The notes beneath the pieces are model-generated. The model saw nothing but the letters and a program-made list of their open reading frames with translations. It had not been told where the DNA came from and searched no databases. Source: Octopus bimaculoides (lineage: Eukaryota). From it: a stretch of 41,638 nt of DNA. Positions 1 through 12,705 of the stretch are shown here, one piece after another. Within the stretch, counting starts at the first letter, position 1; every line of letters begins with the position of its first letter. The position numbers and the translations under genes were made by a program. The stretch is taken from contig NC_068989.1 of the NCBI RefSeq assembly GCF_001194135.2, positions 65,460,432-65,502,069 of the forward strand, written 5' to 3'.

Positions 1-104
1 GTCGATAAAATAAGTACCAGTTGCGTACTGGGGTCGATCTAATCGACTGGTCCACTCCACAAAATTTTCGGGCCGTGTACCTAGAGCAGAAAAGAATAAT
101 TATT
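1..104 (+). mobile_element. SINE family A, 3' half (cut by window edge)
   Basis: gtcgataaaataagtaccagtt...ctggggtcgatctaatcgact...ggccgtgtacctagagcagaaaag matches the 3' half of copies at 12706 and 36641. Confidence 0.85.
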
Positions 105-752
105 GAAATTTTTTGCCATGGGGGAGGTGTTCTACACTCAGTGTTAAACTGGTACTTATTTTATCGACTCCGAAAGGATGAAAGACAAAGTCGACTTCGG
201 CAGAGTTTGAACTAGGAACGAAATGCCGCTAAGCAAGTTGTTCGGTATACTAAGGATTCTGGCAGCTCGCCACCTTAGAAATAAGATAATAATAACGATT
301 TTAAATTTTGGCACAAGGCGAGCAATTTCGGAGGAAGGGGTAAGTCGATTACATCGATCGAAGTGTTCAACAGGTACTTATTTAATCGATCTCAAACTAG
401 TGAAAGGCAAAGTCTACCTCGGGGGAATATGAACTCAGAGGATAAAGACGGACGAAATGCTGCTAATTATTTCATCCGGCGAGCTAACGATTCTGCCAGC
501 TCGCTGCGTTAGAAGTAAGATGATGATAATATTTTTTTTTTCCTACTCTAGGCATAAGGCCGTAAATTTTTAGGGAGGAAACCAGTCGATTAGTTCTACT
601 CCATTATCTAACTGGTACTTAATTTATCGACCTCAAAGGGATGAAAAGCAAAGTCGACCTCGGTGAAATTTGAACTAGGAACGTAAAGACGGACGGAATA
701 CCGCTAAGCATTTCGCCCGGTGTGCTAATATTACTGCCATCTCGACGCCTTA
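105..752 (-). mobile_element. Three head-to-tail family A SINE copies (105-276, 298-510, 540-752)
   Basis: Each shows the reverse complement of the A-box region (aaggcggcgagctggcagaatcgttag), B box (gagttcaaattcc) and core (cctttcatcctttcggggtcgataaa); linked by short AAT/GAT tracts. Confidence 0.9.
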
Positions 753-1512
753 AGATGATAATGATAATGAAAATATGTTATTAAACTTTCAAACTAACAT
801 CAGAAAAAACAGTTTTTTACATCAAACCAGTAAGTTTTTCTTTCTTTCAAGGGAGGCAACTATAGAATGTAGCAACGAACATGCTTTCCATAGAAATTTA
901 TAAACTTTAGAAATTTCAATACCAAAATCATAAATTAATCGCATTATTAATGAAACTTATATGTATTTATGTATATATTCGCTTATAGCCCTCTTTGAAT
1001 CACATACAGACGCTAAGAAGCGTCTCAAACTGTTATTTAAGATAAATACAGATATCTATGTGTGTATGTGTTAAAATCGGTATAGCACATTTATGTAGCT
1101 ATGATACTCAACTGAAACAATACAATGCAGGTAGAAAACTAATTAACTTAAATTGAAAACAATATAACGATTTTATATCGTATTATCTAATATTTGAGAA
1201 AATTGACATGTCAAAAGTTATGATGTATAATGTAAGGGAAAGAACTCTTACTGTAAATATTCACAGTAAATTGAAATGGTGCAATTGCGTTAGTTAATGA
1301 CAGCTGACAGCTATGTAATTATTTATTATAAACAATAATGTATTTGTTAATTGTAGTTATTTAGAACAAATCATTTACACAAGCTGTCGTTAAATGTTTA
1401 ATGCTCTTAGCACTAAGTTATACAAAAGTTGCGATAAAGAAAGAAAGCATATAGAAACATTTTCTTAGAATGAGAGAAGCTTTACAAATTCGTGACTATC
1501 ATTATAAGAAAA

Positions 1513-1575
<63 letters not shown>

Positions 1576-1576
<1 letters not shown>

Positions 1577-1912
1577 GTGGGGGAGCATCATAGCCATGTA
1601 TTGAGAGGAATTCTTTTGGGGTTTGAATAATTCACCTTTGGAAACATGGGTGTTTTGCTCAACATCCTTAAATAACCCTTATTCAGGGACCTTTTGAGCG
1701 GGATGGGCTACTCGACCTGAAGAAAATTCTAACTATGCCCCACCTGCGAGGTCATGCGCTGTTTCTCTTGATATGAGATCACCATGTCGCGCACATATGG
1801 TTGTGATGCATGTGCCTGGTGTACCCTTATCAGACGGGTAGTCATGATGGGTATACTGGGCTTCGTATATTTTACCCCAGTGTCACTTTGATAGCATACA
1901 CTGCTTTCTCAC
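1576..1912 (+). mobile_element. Interspersed-repeat fragment (probable retroposon 3' part) embedded in (AAT)n
   Basis: Higher-GC 340-bp block between two AAT arrays, ending in an (AAC)(AAT) tail. Resembles an abundant octopus repeat from memory; single copy in this window. Confidence 0.5.
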
Positions 1913-1932
1913 ATAACAACAACAACAACACC

Positions 1933-1977
<45 letters not shown>

Positions 1978-1978
<1 letters not shown>

Positions 1979-2493
1979 GTTTTTGCTATAGGCACAAGAC
2001 CTGAAATTGGGGGGGGGGATGGGACTAGTCGATTATATCGACTCCAGTATTTCAATGATACTTAATTTATCGACCCTGAAAGGATGAAAAGGCAAAGTCG
2101 ACCTCGGTGGAGCATGAACTCAGAACATGATCGTTTGTACTATAGGCACAAGGACTGAAATTGAGTGGGAGGGATCCAGTCGATTACATCGACCCTAATA
2201 CTTGTCTAGTACTTATTTTATCGTTCCCAAAATGATTGGCGAGGTCAACCTCGGCGGCGTTTGAACTCCGAACATAGAACCGGATGAAATATTGCTTAGC
2301 ATTTTATGCGGCACGCTAACGATGGCTTATAAGAATCATTGTTTACTAAAATCACAAGTCCAGAAAATATGGGACTGGGGGTTAGTAGATTACATTGAGT
2401 CCGGTGCTTGGCTGGAGTGCCCTCCATCCTTTTTATCGACCTCGAAAAAGATGGAAGCCCAAAACCAACTTCGACGGCATTTGCACTCAGAAC

Positions 2494-2525
<32 letters not shown>

Positions 2526-3146
2526 AAGAAGAAGAAGAAGAAGAAGAAGAAGAAGAAGAAGAAGAAGAAGAAGAAGAAGAAGAAGAAGAAGAAGAAGGAG
2601 GAGGAGGAGGAGGAGGAAGTGGAGGAGAAGAAGAAGGAGAAGAAGAAGAAGAAGAAGAAGAAGAAGAAGAAGAAGAAGAAGAAGAAGAAGAAAAAGAAGA
2701 ATCCTTTCTGCTGGAGGCACAAGGCATCAAATTTGTTGGGATGGGACTAGTCGATTAGACCCCGAAAAGACAAAGTCGGAATTTCTCAGCGGAATTTGAA
2801 CTCAGAACGCAGAGACAGACGAAATACCATGAAGAACTTCGTCCGTTGCGCGAACGATTCTGCCTTCTCACCGCCTTAATAGTATTAATAATAATAATGA
2901 TGCCAAATTTTTTTGCACAACGGCAGCTTGCGGGAAGGGATTAAGTCGATGACATCGACCCTAGTGCGTAACTGATGCTCATTTAATCGACCCCGAAAAA
3001 TTGAAAGGTAAAGTCGACCTCGGCGGAATTCGAACTCAAAACGTATCGGCAGACAAAATACCGCTAAGCATTTCGCCCGGCGTGCTAACGATTTTACCAG
3101 CTCGCCGCCTTGATAATAATAATAAATAATAATAATAATAATAATG

Positions 3147-3233
<87 letters not shown>

Positions 3234-3393
3234 GCTTCAAATTTTGGCGCAAATGCTGCAAATTCGGGGGAAGGGATAAATGGACATCATCGAAACTCAG
3301 TGCTTATTTGGTATTTATTTTATCGACCCCGAAAAGATGAAAGGCATAGGTGACCTCGGCTGAATTTGAACTCAGACGGACGAAATACCACCT
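1978..3393 (-). mobile_element. Six family A SINE copies (1978-2129, 2131-2330, 2340-2495, 2700-2877, 2902-3111, 3233-3393)
   Basis: Recurrent taggcacaagg...gtcgattacatcgacc...tttatcgaccc...gtcgacctcggcggaatttgaactcagaac motifs, all on the same strand. Confidence 0.88.
2496..2700. repeat. (AAG)n/(GAG)n microsatellite
   Basis: Direct read; source of the poly-K/R/E/S/F/L ORFs. Confidence 0.98.
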
Positions 3394-3469
3394 ACACCGT
3401 CTCTTCTTTTCCGTTCCTTCGTCTTGTAACGTCCTCTTCCTATGATGCCTTCGGTGAAATAAAAGAAAT

Positions 3470-3735
3470 CATCGTTATCATCGTCGTCGTCATCATCATC
3501 ATCATCGTCAGCAGCAGCAGCAGCTGCAATAGCGACAGTAGCAACACCAGCACCAGCGCCAGCTCTAGCAACATCATCATCATCATCTGTAGTGGTGGTG
3601 GTGTTGGCGATGATGGTGGTGATGGTGGTGGTGATGGTGGTGGTGGCGGTGGTGGTGATAGTGGTGGTGGTGGTGGTGGTGGTGGTGGTGGTGGTAGTAG
3701 TAGTAGTAGTATTAGTAGTAGTAGTAGTAGTAGTT
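3470..3735. repeat. Compound trinucleotide microsatellite (CAT/CAG/GGT/AGT)
   Basis: Direct read; abuts N-gap 3745-3929. Confidence 0.95.
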
Positions 3736-4399
3736 ATTTCTTGCNNNNNNNNNNNNNNNNNNNNNNNNNNNNNNNNNNNNNNNNNNNNNNNNNNNNNNNN
3801 NNNNNNNNNNNNNNNNNNNNNNNNNNNNNNNNNNNNNNNNNNNNNNNNNNNNNNNNNNNNNNNNNNNNNNNNNNNNNNNNNNNNNNNNNNNNNNNNNNNN
3901 NNNNNNNNNNNNNNNNNNNNNNNNNNNNNACTTGCTTTCTCTGTGCTTAAGGCCAGGAAAGACAATTAGTTTTTATTTGGTAAGTGTTGTAAAGTTCACG
4001 AGGTGGAAAGAGCTGGGGACAGTTACTTTCCCATTTCGTCAAGACCCTCAGCTACTGTTTTCAAGTATCCTTTGAAACGGAGTGTAGAGGAAAACGCTGC
4101 GTTTCATTGAATTTGCGAAAGGCTCATGTAACTGTGGTGTTCATGTCCTGAATGAAAGGAGCTGTTCTGAGCATGTTCCGGATAAAGACTGTTGAGAGAG
4201 AGCGCTTGTTTCAGTTCTCAGTACGGTCGTGTCTTTTATTTATTTATTTATTTATTTATTGATATTGTTTATGAGGGTTCTGTTTTGGTCCTCGGAGGTC
4301 TCCCTATATTGCGAGACACCAAAATTTGAAGAGCTGGAACAATAACCGCAAGGTACTAACGATTCTGGCTGCTCGGCAATCTGGAAAAAAGTTAATAGC

Positions 4400-4405
4400 A
4401 CAACA

Positions 4406-4448
<43 letters not shown>

Positions 4449-4552
4449 TACTACTGCTACTGCTGCTGCTGCTTTTGCTGCTGCTACTACTACTACTACT
4501 ACTACTATTACTACTACTACTGCTACTGCTGTTGCTGCTTTTGCTGCTGCTG

Positions 4553-4583
<31 letters not shown>
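4400..4583. repeat. (CTA)/(CTG) microsatellite
   Basis: Direct read. Confidence 0.95.
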
Positions 4584-4585
<2 letters not shown>

Positions 4586-4689
4586 ATTTTACATCGAACC
4601 TAAAAATATACTAGACTAAGACAACTGTTTGTAAAGATAACAAAATAATGGTTTCTACCACATGAAAAAAAACTGTAAAGTAGATGGAA

Positions 4690-4830
4690 GAACTTATTTC
4701 CTAGAACATGACCCGTACTTATTTAAAAGACCACTGAGAGATGAAAGACTATCCATGCTGGGATTTGAACTCAAAAGCATAAAGGTAGGAAATAGTGTTA
4801 GGCAATCTATCCAGCACTCCAAATATTTCA
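4690..4830 (-). mobile_element. Heavily decayed family A SINE
   Basis: gtacttatttaaaagacc...gatgaaagac...ggatttgaactcaaaagc remnants. Confidence 0.55.
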
Positions 4831-4943
4831 ACCTCTCTTGTTGATGATAATTGCTTACACAGGAACGAAACACTTTCTTTAATCGATTTAATCAATGCAG
4901 TACTCGACTGATGTGGTATTTAGAATAGTATTTGTCGTAGGCA

Positions 4944-5268
4944 TTATCTCGTATCCGAGTATTTATTTTCTGCTCCGCTGAACGCTTCCTTTATGGTGAA
5001 TAATTTGATGACTAAGTAGTCCAATTCTTGCATAGAAGAGTCGATGACATTGACTGCCTGGTAATGTTGGTGAAGGACGAGCTTGATTTTGTCGAGCCTT
5101 TCTTTTCTATCGTTCGATTTCTTCCTTTTCTCTTCTGGTGGCTTCGAAGTTTTGAGTTCCGATGGTGATGGAACACCACCACTTGGTACGGTCTGAGGCT
5201 TGCGTTTCAAACGATTTAGGCTCAAGTCCAGTGGCTTTCTGCGTTGTTTTGAGTTGCTCTTTCTATCT
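4944..5268 (-). CDS. Terminal coding exon of an unrecognised basic protein (DRKSNSKQRRKPLDLSLNRLKRK...ERLDKIKLVLHQHYQAVNVIDSSMQELDYLVIKLFTIKEAFSGAENKYSDTR*)
   Basis: Stop-free frame of 107 codons in non-repetitive sequence with K/E/R-rich coding-like composition; acceptor ttattactctag| at 5269 (phase 2); TAA at 4944-4946; ATTAAA downstream; PLDLS at 5220-5234. Confidence 0.65.
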
Positions 5269-5521
5269 CTAGAGTAATAAGTTTGCCGAATCATTAGAAT
5301 GTAGGATACAATATATTGTGCTATTTCTAACGTTTCCCTGTGTTCCACATTAACGCTTATGCAGTTGTATGATTAATCGGCAATGTGAAACTCAGAAAGA
5401 CAATTCAGCAAATAGCAACTACACAAATAATTATGTTTCAAGTTCTAGCACAATGCTAGCAATAGTTTACAACTTTTTCCGGTACGTGACTGAATTTTGA
5501 TTTTATTTGCCCACTTGCCGT

Positions 5522-5672
<151 letters not shown>

Positions 5673-5689
5673 ATCGAATAATAATAATA

Positions 5690-6006
5690 GTGGAATTTGA
5701 ATCCAGAACGTGAAGGCGGACGAAATATCACTAAGCATTTTGCTTGGGGTGCTAGCGATCCTGCCAGCTCGCCGCGTAATGATGATAATAATCCTTTCTA
5801 CTATAGGCACAAGGGGGAGGGCAATAGTCATTTACATCGAATCCAGTGATTCACTAGTACTTAATTTATCGACCCCGAAAGGATGAAAAGCAAAGTCGAC
5901 CTCGGCGGAATTTGGACTCGAAACGTACATACAAACTAAATACCGTTAAGGATTTTGCCCGCCATGCTAACGATTCTACCAGCTCGCCGCCTTAATAATA
6001 ATAATG

Positions 6007-6058
<52 letters not shown>

Positions 6059-6080
6059 CAACAACAACAATAACAACAAC

Positions 6081-6114
<34 letters not shown>

Positions 6115-6310
6115 GTTTCACATTTTAGTTGAAGGCCTGTAATTTTCTAGGAATGAGTAAGTCAATTACATCGACTCCACTGATTGCATGGTGCCTATGT
6201 TATCAAACCCTCAAAGTATGAAAGGCAAAGTCGAGGGCGTAAAGAGTCAAAAGAAATGCTGTTAAGCATTTTGTCCCGCGTGTTAACGATTCTGCTAGCA
6301 AGCCAAATTT

Positions 6311-6369
<59 letters not shown>

Positions 6370-6580
6370 CCGTTCTATTATAGGTACAAGGTCTGAAATT
6401 TGAGGGGAGCGAGTTGGTCGATTATATCAACCCCAGTGTTTCACTGGTACTCAAATTATCAACTTCGAATGGATGAACGGCAAAGTCGACCTCAGCAGCA
6501 TTTCAACTCAGAACGCAGCGACGGGCGAAATAACGCTAAGCATTTTGTCCAGCGTGCAATGATTCTGCCACCTCGCAGGC
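5690..6580 (-). mobile_element. Four family A SINE copies (5690-5777 partial, 5791-5993, 6113-6310, 6370-6580) with AAT/AAC linkers
   Basis: Same motifs as the other copies; lie inside the predicted intron 5269-7628. Confidence 0.88.
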
Positions 6581-7242
6581 TTTTTAATAACAACAACAAC
6601 AACAACAATAATAATAATAATAAAAGGTAGCGAAAGTCAGCGCCCTTGATCCTTTATTTCTTCCAAGACTCTGAGACTAGTGGAATGAAGGCAGGAAGAT
6701 ATCATTTATCCAGAGACCTGAAACTGATATTATTATAACAGTGTTGATCCGTTAAAGACGCCCAATGATCAGATGGTGTTGGTGTGGGTGTCTTTGTTGC
6801 TGGTGGTGTTAAATCTGGCCAAGTATAAATTATATTCCCCAACAACTCAAAGCGCAAATTGCCTGACGTTTCTAACAGTTCTGCCTTGGACTGCTACTTT
6901 ATTTTATACCTCCACCTCCCACCCGAGCACAAAGTACCAAAAACAATGCCAACCTCAACAGGATTTGAACGCAGGACACACAAGACCAGGACAAATGCAG
7001 CAAAGCATTTTCTTTTATGTTCTATAACTCTGGTGTAATGTGCAAAGATGTGATTGGTTGTGTTTTTATGTTTGTGTCTGTGCATCTGCGTTTGTGTATA
7101 TGTGTGTGTGTTTGTGTGTGTGCATACATGTGTATGTGTGCTCTGTGTATGTGTATGCTGCATGTGTATGTTTTATGCGTGTGTCTGCGGGTTCAATTTA
7201 GGCATCTGAATTAAACACGTATTGTGTACATGTGTATGTAAA

Positions 7243-7444
7243 TGTGTGCGTTATGTTTGTCTACCCACCCACACATCGCTTGACAACTTGCATTAACGTT
7301 TCCATAACTTAGTGGCTTGCCAAAAGAAACCGACAGAAGAAATACCAGGCTTAAACTATAAATACTAGGAACGATTTGTTCCACCAGCGATGCCCCAGCA
7401 TGGCCGCAGTCCAATAACAAACTGAAACTAGTAAAAGAGGATAA
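7243..7444 (+). mobile_element. SINE family B, 3' half
   Basis: catcgcttgacaac...cagcatggccgcagtc...ctgaaactagtaaaagag matches the reverse complement of 14813-15010. Confidence 0.8.
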
Positions 7445-7628
7445 ATAAAAGATACTGTTTTCTATTTGACTCGGCACACTGTAAATGTCCAATATTTCAA
7501 GGAATAAAACGTGATAGTGACAGTCATGCCTTTCCAAGTGCTTATCCTGATAGAAGTAACAGAAATAAATTTAACTGAAGATAGAGATCACGTAGTTGAT
7601 TCAAACTTTCGACTTGCCAGTTACTTAC

Positions 7629-7678
7629 CTGCTGTACACATACAATGATTTCTTGGCTGAATGTTTTTGCCATATCAA
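7629..7678 (-). CDS. Candidate internal exon 3 of the same gene (LIWQKHSAKKSLYVYS/R)
   Basis: Strong donor cag|gtaagt at 7628; acceptor tcattagtttag|; phase 0 to 2, matching the phase-2 acceptor at 5268. Confidence 0.35.
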
Positions 7679-7970
7679 CTAAACTAATGATAGCATCTAC
7701 TCTCCGTCATGCAGAGAAACTACTCAATGTCTTATCCAATAGACTTTCGGGCCCCTTCCTTTACGAAGCCATGCCAAAAACGACATCAACTGACCAATTA
7801 AATAATCTATCTTTATCAATCATTTTCCCCGAGTTCATTTCTTAATTGATACTTGTTATTTTGTCTTGGTACTTATTCATTGCCCAACGCCACCCCAAGC
7901 AAGATAATATTTAATCCTTTTATAATCTTTTCTCATTTTTCCCTTTTGTTTTTCTCAACGACCAACTCAC

Positions 7971-8024
7971 CTCATTTGATTTATTGCGCTCTATTTTCTT
8001 TTTCGCATTTGTCTTCTTCCAACA
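7971..8024 (-). CDS. Candidate exon 2 (CWKKTNAKKKIERNKSNE)
   Basis: Consensus donor gag|gtgagt at 7970; acceptor actcatttag|; 54 nt, phase 0-0, open. Confidence 0.35.
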
Positions 8025-8145
8025 CTAAATGAGTATTTGTTTTTAGTTGTATTTATTTATTACTTTCCTTTTCTTAATCTTCTTCGCAAAGAATTCGTCT
8101 TCGCTCGCTGCTGTGTATATTCCATTCCATCTCATTATTCCTTAC

Positions 8146-8169
8146 CCCATAATTATTGCAGCAAGACAT
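8146..8169 (-). CDS. Candidate first coding exon (MSCCNNYG)
   Basis: ATG at 8169-8167; donor ggg|gtaagg at 8145; phase 0; GA-rich tract upstream at 8240-8300. Confidence 0.3.
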
Positions 8170-8831
8170 GTTTCTTTCGCTACAGTTTAGAGGTGATAGT
8201 GTAACGATCTCACGTAGATTTCAATCTCATTTATTATCCTTTACTCTTTCTCCTTCTCTCCTCTCTGTCTCTCTATCTCTCCGTCTCTCTCTCTATCTCA
8301 AAGACTCAGTGGTTATCTGGTCTAGTTGGCAACTTTTCCAAATAAGTTTGTATTTTATATTTGTTTCTTTTGACATTTTTTTTCTTTTAACTGACTCAAT
8401 TCAATATCGCTCTTCCGTTTAATCACCATGATGGGTGAAAAATATTTCTGGATATCACATTTAAATTAAAATTTAGAATGTTTATATAATCTAAGCTGTC
8501 ACAAAATCCAATATATGAATATTTTTTTCAATAATTAATTATCCTTTATATACATTTTTATTTTATTTTTGTGTATACTTGTGATTTCGCTCAATTCCTN
8601 NNNNNNNNNTATATATGCATGCACACACATACATACATATATACATATATGTATGTACATAGACACGCACACACATATCTACTGTATTAGGTTTTTAATC
8701 ACTAACATATATATATATACGTACATGTTTATACATACATACATACATATGCATACATATATATATATATACATACACGTTTATATCTAGATACACACAT
8801 ACATACGCGCACATGTATATATAGACTTTCA

Positions 8832-8880
<49 letters not shown>

Positions 8881-9615
8881 ACGTAAGTATAAGTATGGTG
8901 TTTCAACTAGAACATTACTCTCAATTACGGAAATCGACGAGGAGGTCAACCAAGCAAACATCACTGACAAAGAAAGCTACCATAACATTATATTTGGTCC
9001 ATTTCCTTAATGGTAGTACACGGTAATTGTAAATAATAGATTTTTCTCATTTATCAATTCTAAATAGACGATCGTAAAGTACTGTCAGGGCGTAAGATTT
9101 AAGCACTCAATATGTTGGAGAATTTTGTTCTTACACAATATATTAGAATGTTTTATAGAAGGTCCTGACATTCTTGAAGCGATATTCTTTATTTATTTCT
9201 TTACCTATACATTTACTTATTTTAGAAATATTGTCTTCTTGTGAAAAATGGGAACCATTCGAAGACATAACCTTATGCATCTATTGTCTGATATACGAAC
9301 AAGACGATCGTATATAGGTTTAGGTTTACCTTTTGCTCAAAGCAAGCAAATGTACTCTACGTATTTCATATCAGAATTCCTGTATTTACTGATTGCCCAT
9401 ACACACCCTCCAATCTACTGTTTGCTTTTTTACCTTGGGTACCATACGGATATCTATCATTTTTGCTATCATTTGACTGTTTTTATTGAATATAATTTGT
9501 TGTGTTTAATGGGAAAAAATATCTGACCATCGATCTGCAGCTGATAAATCGCAGGTACCTTATCCTATCTGAAGAACTGAACATAACACCTAAATCATAT
9601 GACTCGCTGGTTCGT

Positions 9616-9832
<217 letters not shown>

Positions 9833-9837
9833 GCACG

Positions 9838-9996
9838 CGAGCTTCCACCCGTCAACCAAATTTCTTCACTCGAAATTACTCGGCTTGGGGTTATAGAAGA
9901 AGACACATTCCTAAGGTGCCACGAAGAGGAACTGGGCTTGAAACCATGTGGCTAGGAAGCGAACATCTCAACTATAAAACCATACCTATGCCTATG
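9838..9996 (-). mobile_element. Decayed 5' head of family B SINE next to (CA)n 9731-9825
   Basis: agaagacacattcctaaggtgccacg...aaccatgtggctaggaagc homologous to 15125-15200. Confidence 0.7.
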
Positions 9997-11025
9997 AATG
10001 CACTTTATAATATACATACATCATTCGTTTTCATGGAATGTCCAGCACTATTTATACAACTGTCCTTTTATTTCTTAAGAAGTTAGGGTTATATCTGATG
10101 GCTATTGACTGTATAGAGCAGTAATGTCAAACAGCGTCACCTGGTGAGTCGAAATGTTATTTTATGTAAAATTCTTGTTACTGGAGTATCACTCCTGTAT
10201 AAACCCGTATTTTGACTTTGGCTAAATACTTTACGTAAGCCTTTTATGTATAACAGGATATTGTAGGGCGAATTTTTTCTTTTCTCATTCTGTCAGATGT
10301 CATCTAAAAAGTTGGGGCATGTTAGCGCTGACACCCGTGACACAAGTTCACCCATAAATGGTATCTAGGTTCTCACTTTGACTGTATATTGAATACTGTT
10401 AATGTAAATACGGTTATTACTTAAACTCCGAAGTAATTAAAATAATAAAACATGAACATTAATAAAATTCGTCCATGTCAAACGAATGCAGCAAAGATTT
10501 GCAGATTATAAATTTATAATACAGCTTAAATATCGTGAATTAAACTAATTAAACAACTTTAGGAATATACTTTATTAATATTGGATAATAATATGAAGTT
10601 GATTTCTAGTAGGGAAATGAACTGACAGTTATAGTTCCTTTACCTTCCTTGCAATGTAAATAAAGATCATACAAACCTCCCGGATATATATATATTAAAG
10701 GATGCCGGATATAGCATAGACCACGATTCCTTCATTTCTAGGTATATTAATCAAAGTTATTCATGCTATAAATATTGTGAACTAATGTTAACTAATATTC
10801 GAAGCCGATGGCAGTCTCGGTACTTCAAGCCATTAGTCAATGCTTTTAGATTCACTACAAGATCTCAGCTATGCGAACTTTAATCGAATTAGTTTATCTA
10901 CAACAGACAAATATTATTTAACCCCAGGTCAACCCTCATAAGCCAGAAGTATGGTCAAAGGAATACTTGTTATGGCGCTTACGTCTTTTTAGATATTGTT
11001 ATCTTTTCTTATTTAGAACGAAAAA

Positions 11026-11202
11026 GGGTTGCTATTTCTGTAAGATAGAAGGTTCAACTTGAGGATCCCTCAATAGTTTGGCAAGACATTGGTAGTTTGT
11101 ACAGCTGCTGTGATTTGTAAGTTTACTTTTATATATCTCTAGAACACTCAGCTACTTACTCGTAAATTCCCTGAGCGCGCAATTCATTTGATCAATCCAT
11201 TG
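11026..11202 (+). mobile_element. Decayed repeat family D, copy 2, with 3' tail homologous to family C
   Basis: actcagctacttactcgtaaattccctgagc...ttgatca resembles gctcagccacttgcacgttaatttcacgagc...ttgatca at 13422-13470. Confidence 0.6.
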
Positions 11203-11815
11203 CACACACACACACACGCGCGCGCAACACACTTGCACACACAACACATACACATGTACACCACACACGCACATACACACACACAAACAACACACATGCA
11301 CATACAATACATACACATTCACACAACACGCACACACACACATACAAAGTAAATTATAGGCTGCATGGAAAATGAACAGTTTTATACGCGAGACACAACA
11401 CTAACAACAAAATTGTGCATCCGTATACTAAGTAACACAGTTTATTTTATCTATGTATATGTATACCTACAATACTTGGTAATACAGAATACAATCTAAC
11501 ACGGAGCACATATGTAGAGAAAGAAGTTAATCTCATTTCAGATCAAACGTTGAACGGAATGTAGAAGGAGGCGCATATCGAACGTAGCGCTGGATCTAGG
11601 ATGAGTTTCGATCCTCTGCCTACACCATTTAGGCTTCGCACGAACTGCTTAATTCAATAAGAATTGTTAGAGAATAACAGTTATTCTAAAGTTAGTCTAT
11701 GATGCATTTAATATAGACGAGGCAAATCTACTTATCGATCTGTTGTTATCTCTCCTCCTTTGACCTGTTATCTTTGTCTTTATTAACAAGGAAAAATAAT
11801 GCGTATATTCGTATG

Positions 11816-11855
<40 letters not shown>

Positions 11856-12541
11856 ATATATATACACATATATACATACACACACATATATATAATACAT
11901 ATACATATATGTATATATAATACATACATATATATATACATATGTATACACAATATACACACACACACACATATATAACATACACATAACATACATATAT
12001 ATGATACATACGTATCCATTATATATGTGTGTGTAGGTATATTTATGTATATATTTATTATTACGTATACAAACATCCACACGCGCGCATACACACACGC
12101 ACACCTCCACACATATAATTTTGAACAAACAACGTAGCAGATGCATCACGTATATTTCCAAATATTATGTTACTCTATTTACTATTGGTTGTCTTGAGGA
12201 TAAACCAGAAGTTTGATATATGCTTGTTATTTGCCGAGGTAACAACCTTTGACTTTCATTTTCAACATATAAACGTAGCTGTCTATTGTTCTTTCTATAA
12301 AATGGCTGTTCCGAGGAAATTGTTCAATGATGGAAGCTTACAAGGCATTCAATATTACCCAATATATTTTAGACATTTTCATCTGTCCTGCTTCTCTGAA
12401 TATTTCTAAAATATCTCGCTACTTATTAAAATATCATTATTGGTAACTCTCTGCAGTGTTAAATAACTGTTTCATGGAAAATATTAAGTTTCAACACCAA
12501 TAACTATTCTTTCATATATTGGGACACTGCCATACACTTTT

Positions 12542-12576
<35 letters not shown>

Positions 12577-12705
12577 GTGCATAAGAGAAAGAGAGAGAGA
12601 ACTTATGTTATCAGCTCCAAAGTAAAGACAGAAGAATTTGAACTTAAGCACATTAAACATGTATTAGAGCAACGTAGGTGTTGCTTTTATTATATTTCGC
12701 CGGTT

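Noticed and set aside
2292-3969. Long ORFs with poly-K, R, S, D, G, T or V runs
   Set aside because: They are translations of AAG/GAT/GGT microsatellites, SINE fragments and N-gaps.
3930-4330. Higher-GC tract that might be an exon or LINE fragment
   Set aside because: The frames I translated all hit stops within short distances and no motif is recognisable.
6773-7027. Plus ORF with a signal-peptide-like start (MVLVWVSLLLVVLNLA)
   Set aside because: The hydrophobicity comes from GT/GGT-rich low-complexity sequence, and there is no supporting gene structure.
11033-11200. Peptide-like minus frame EIYKSKLTNHSSCTNYQCLAKLLRDPQVEPSILQK with a broken paralogue at 9.6 kb
   Set aside because: It lies antisense within repeat family D, which carries a SINE/LINE tail on the plus strand, and has an in-frame stop upstream.
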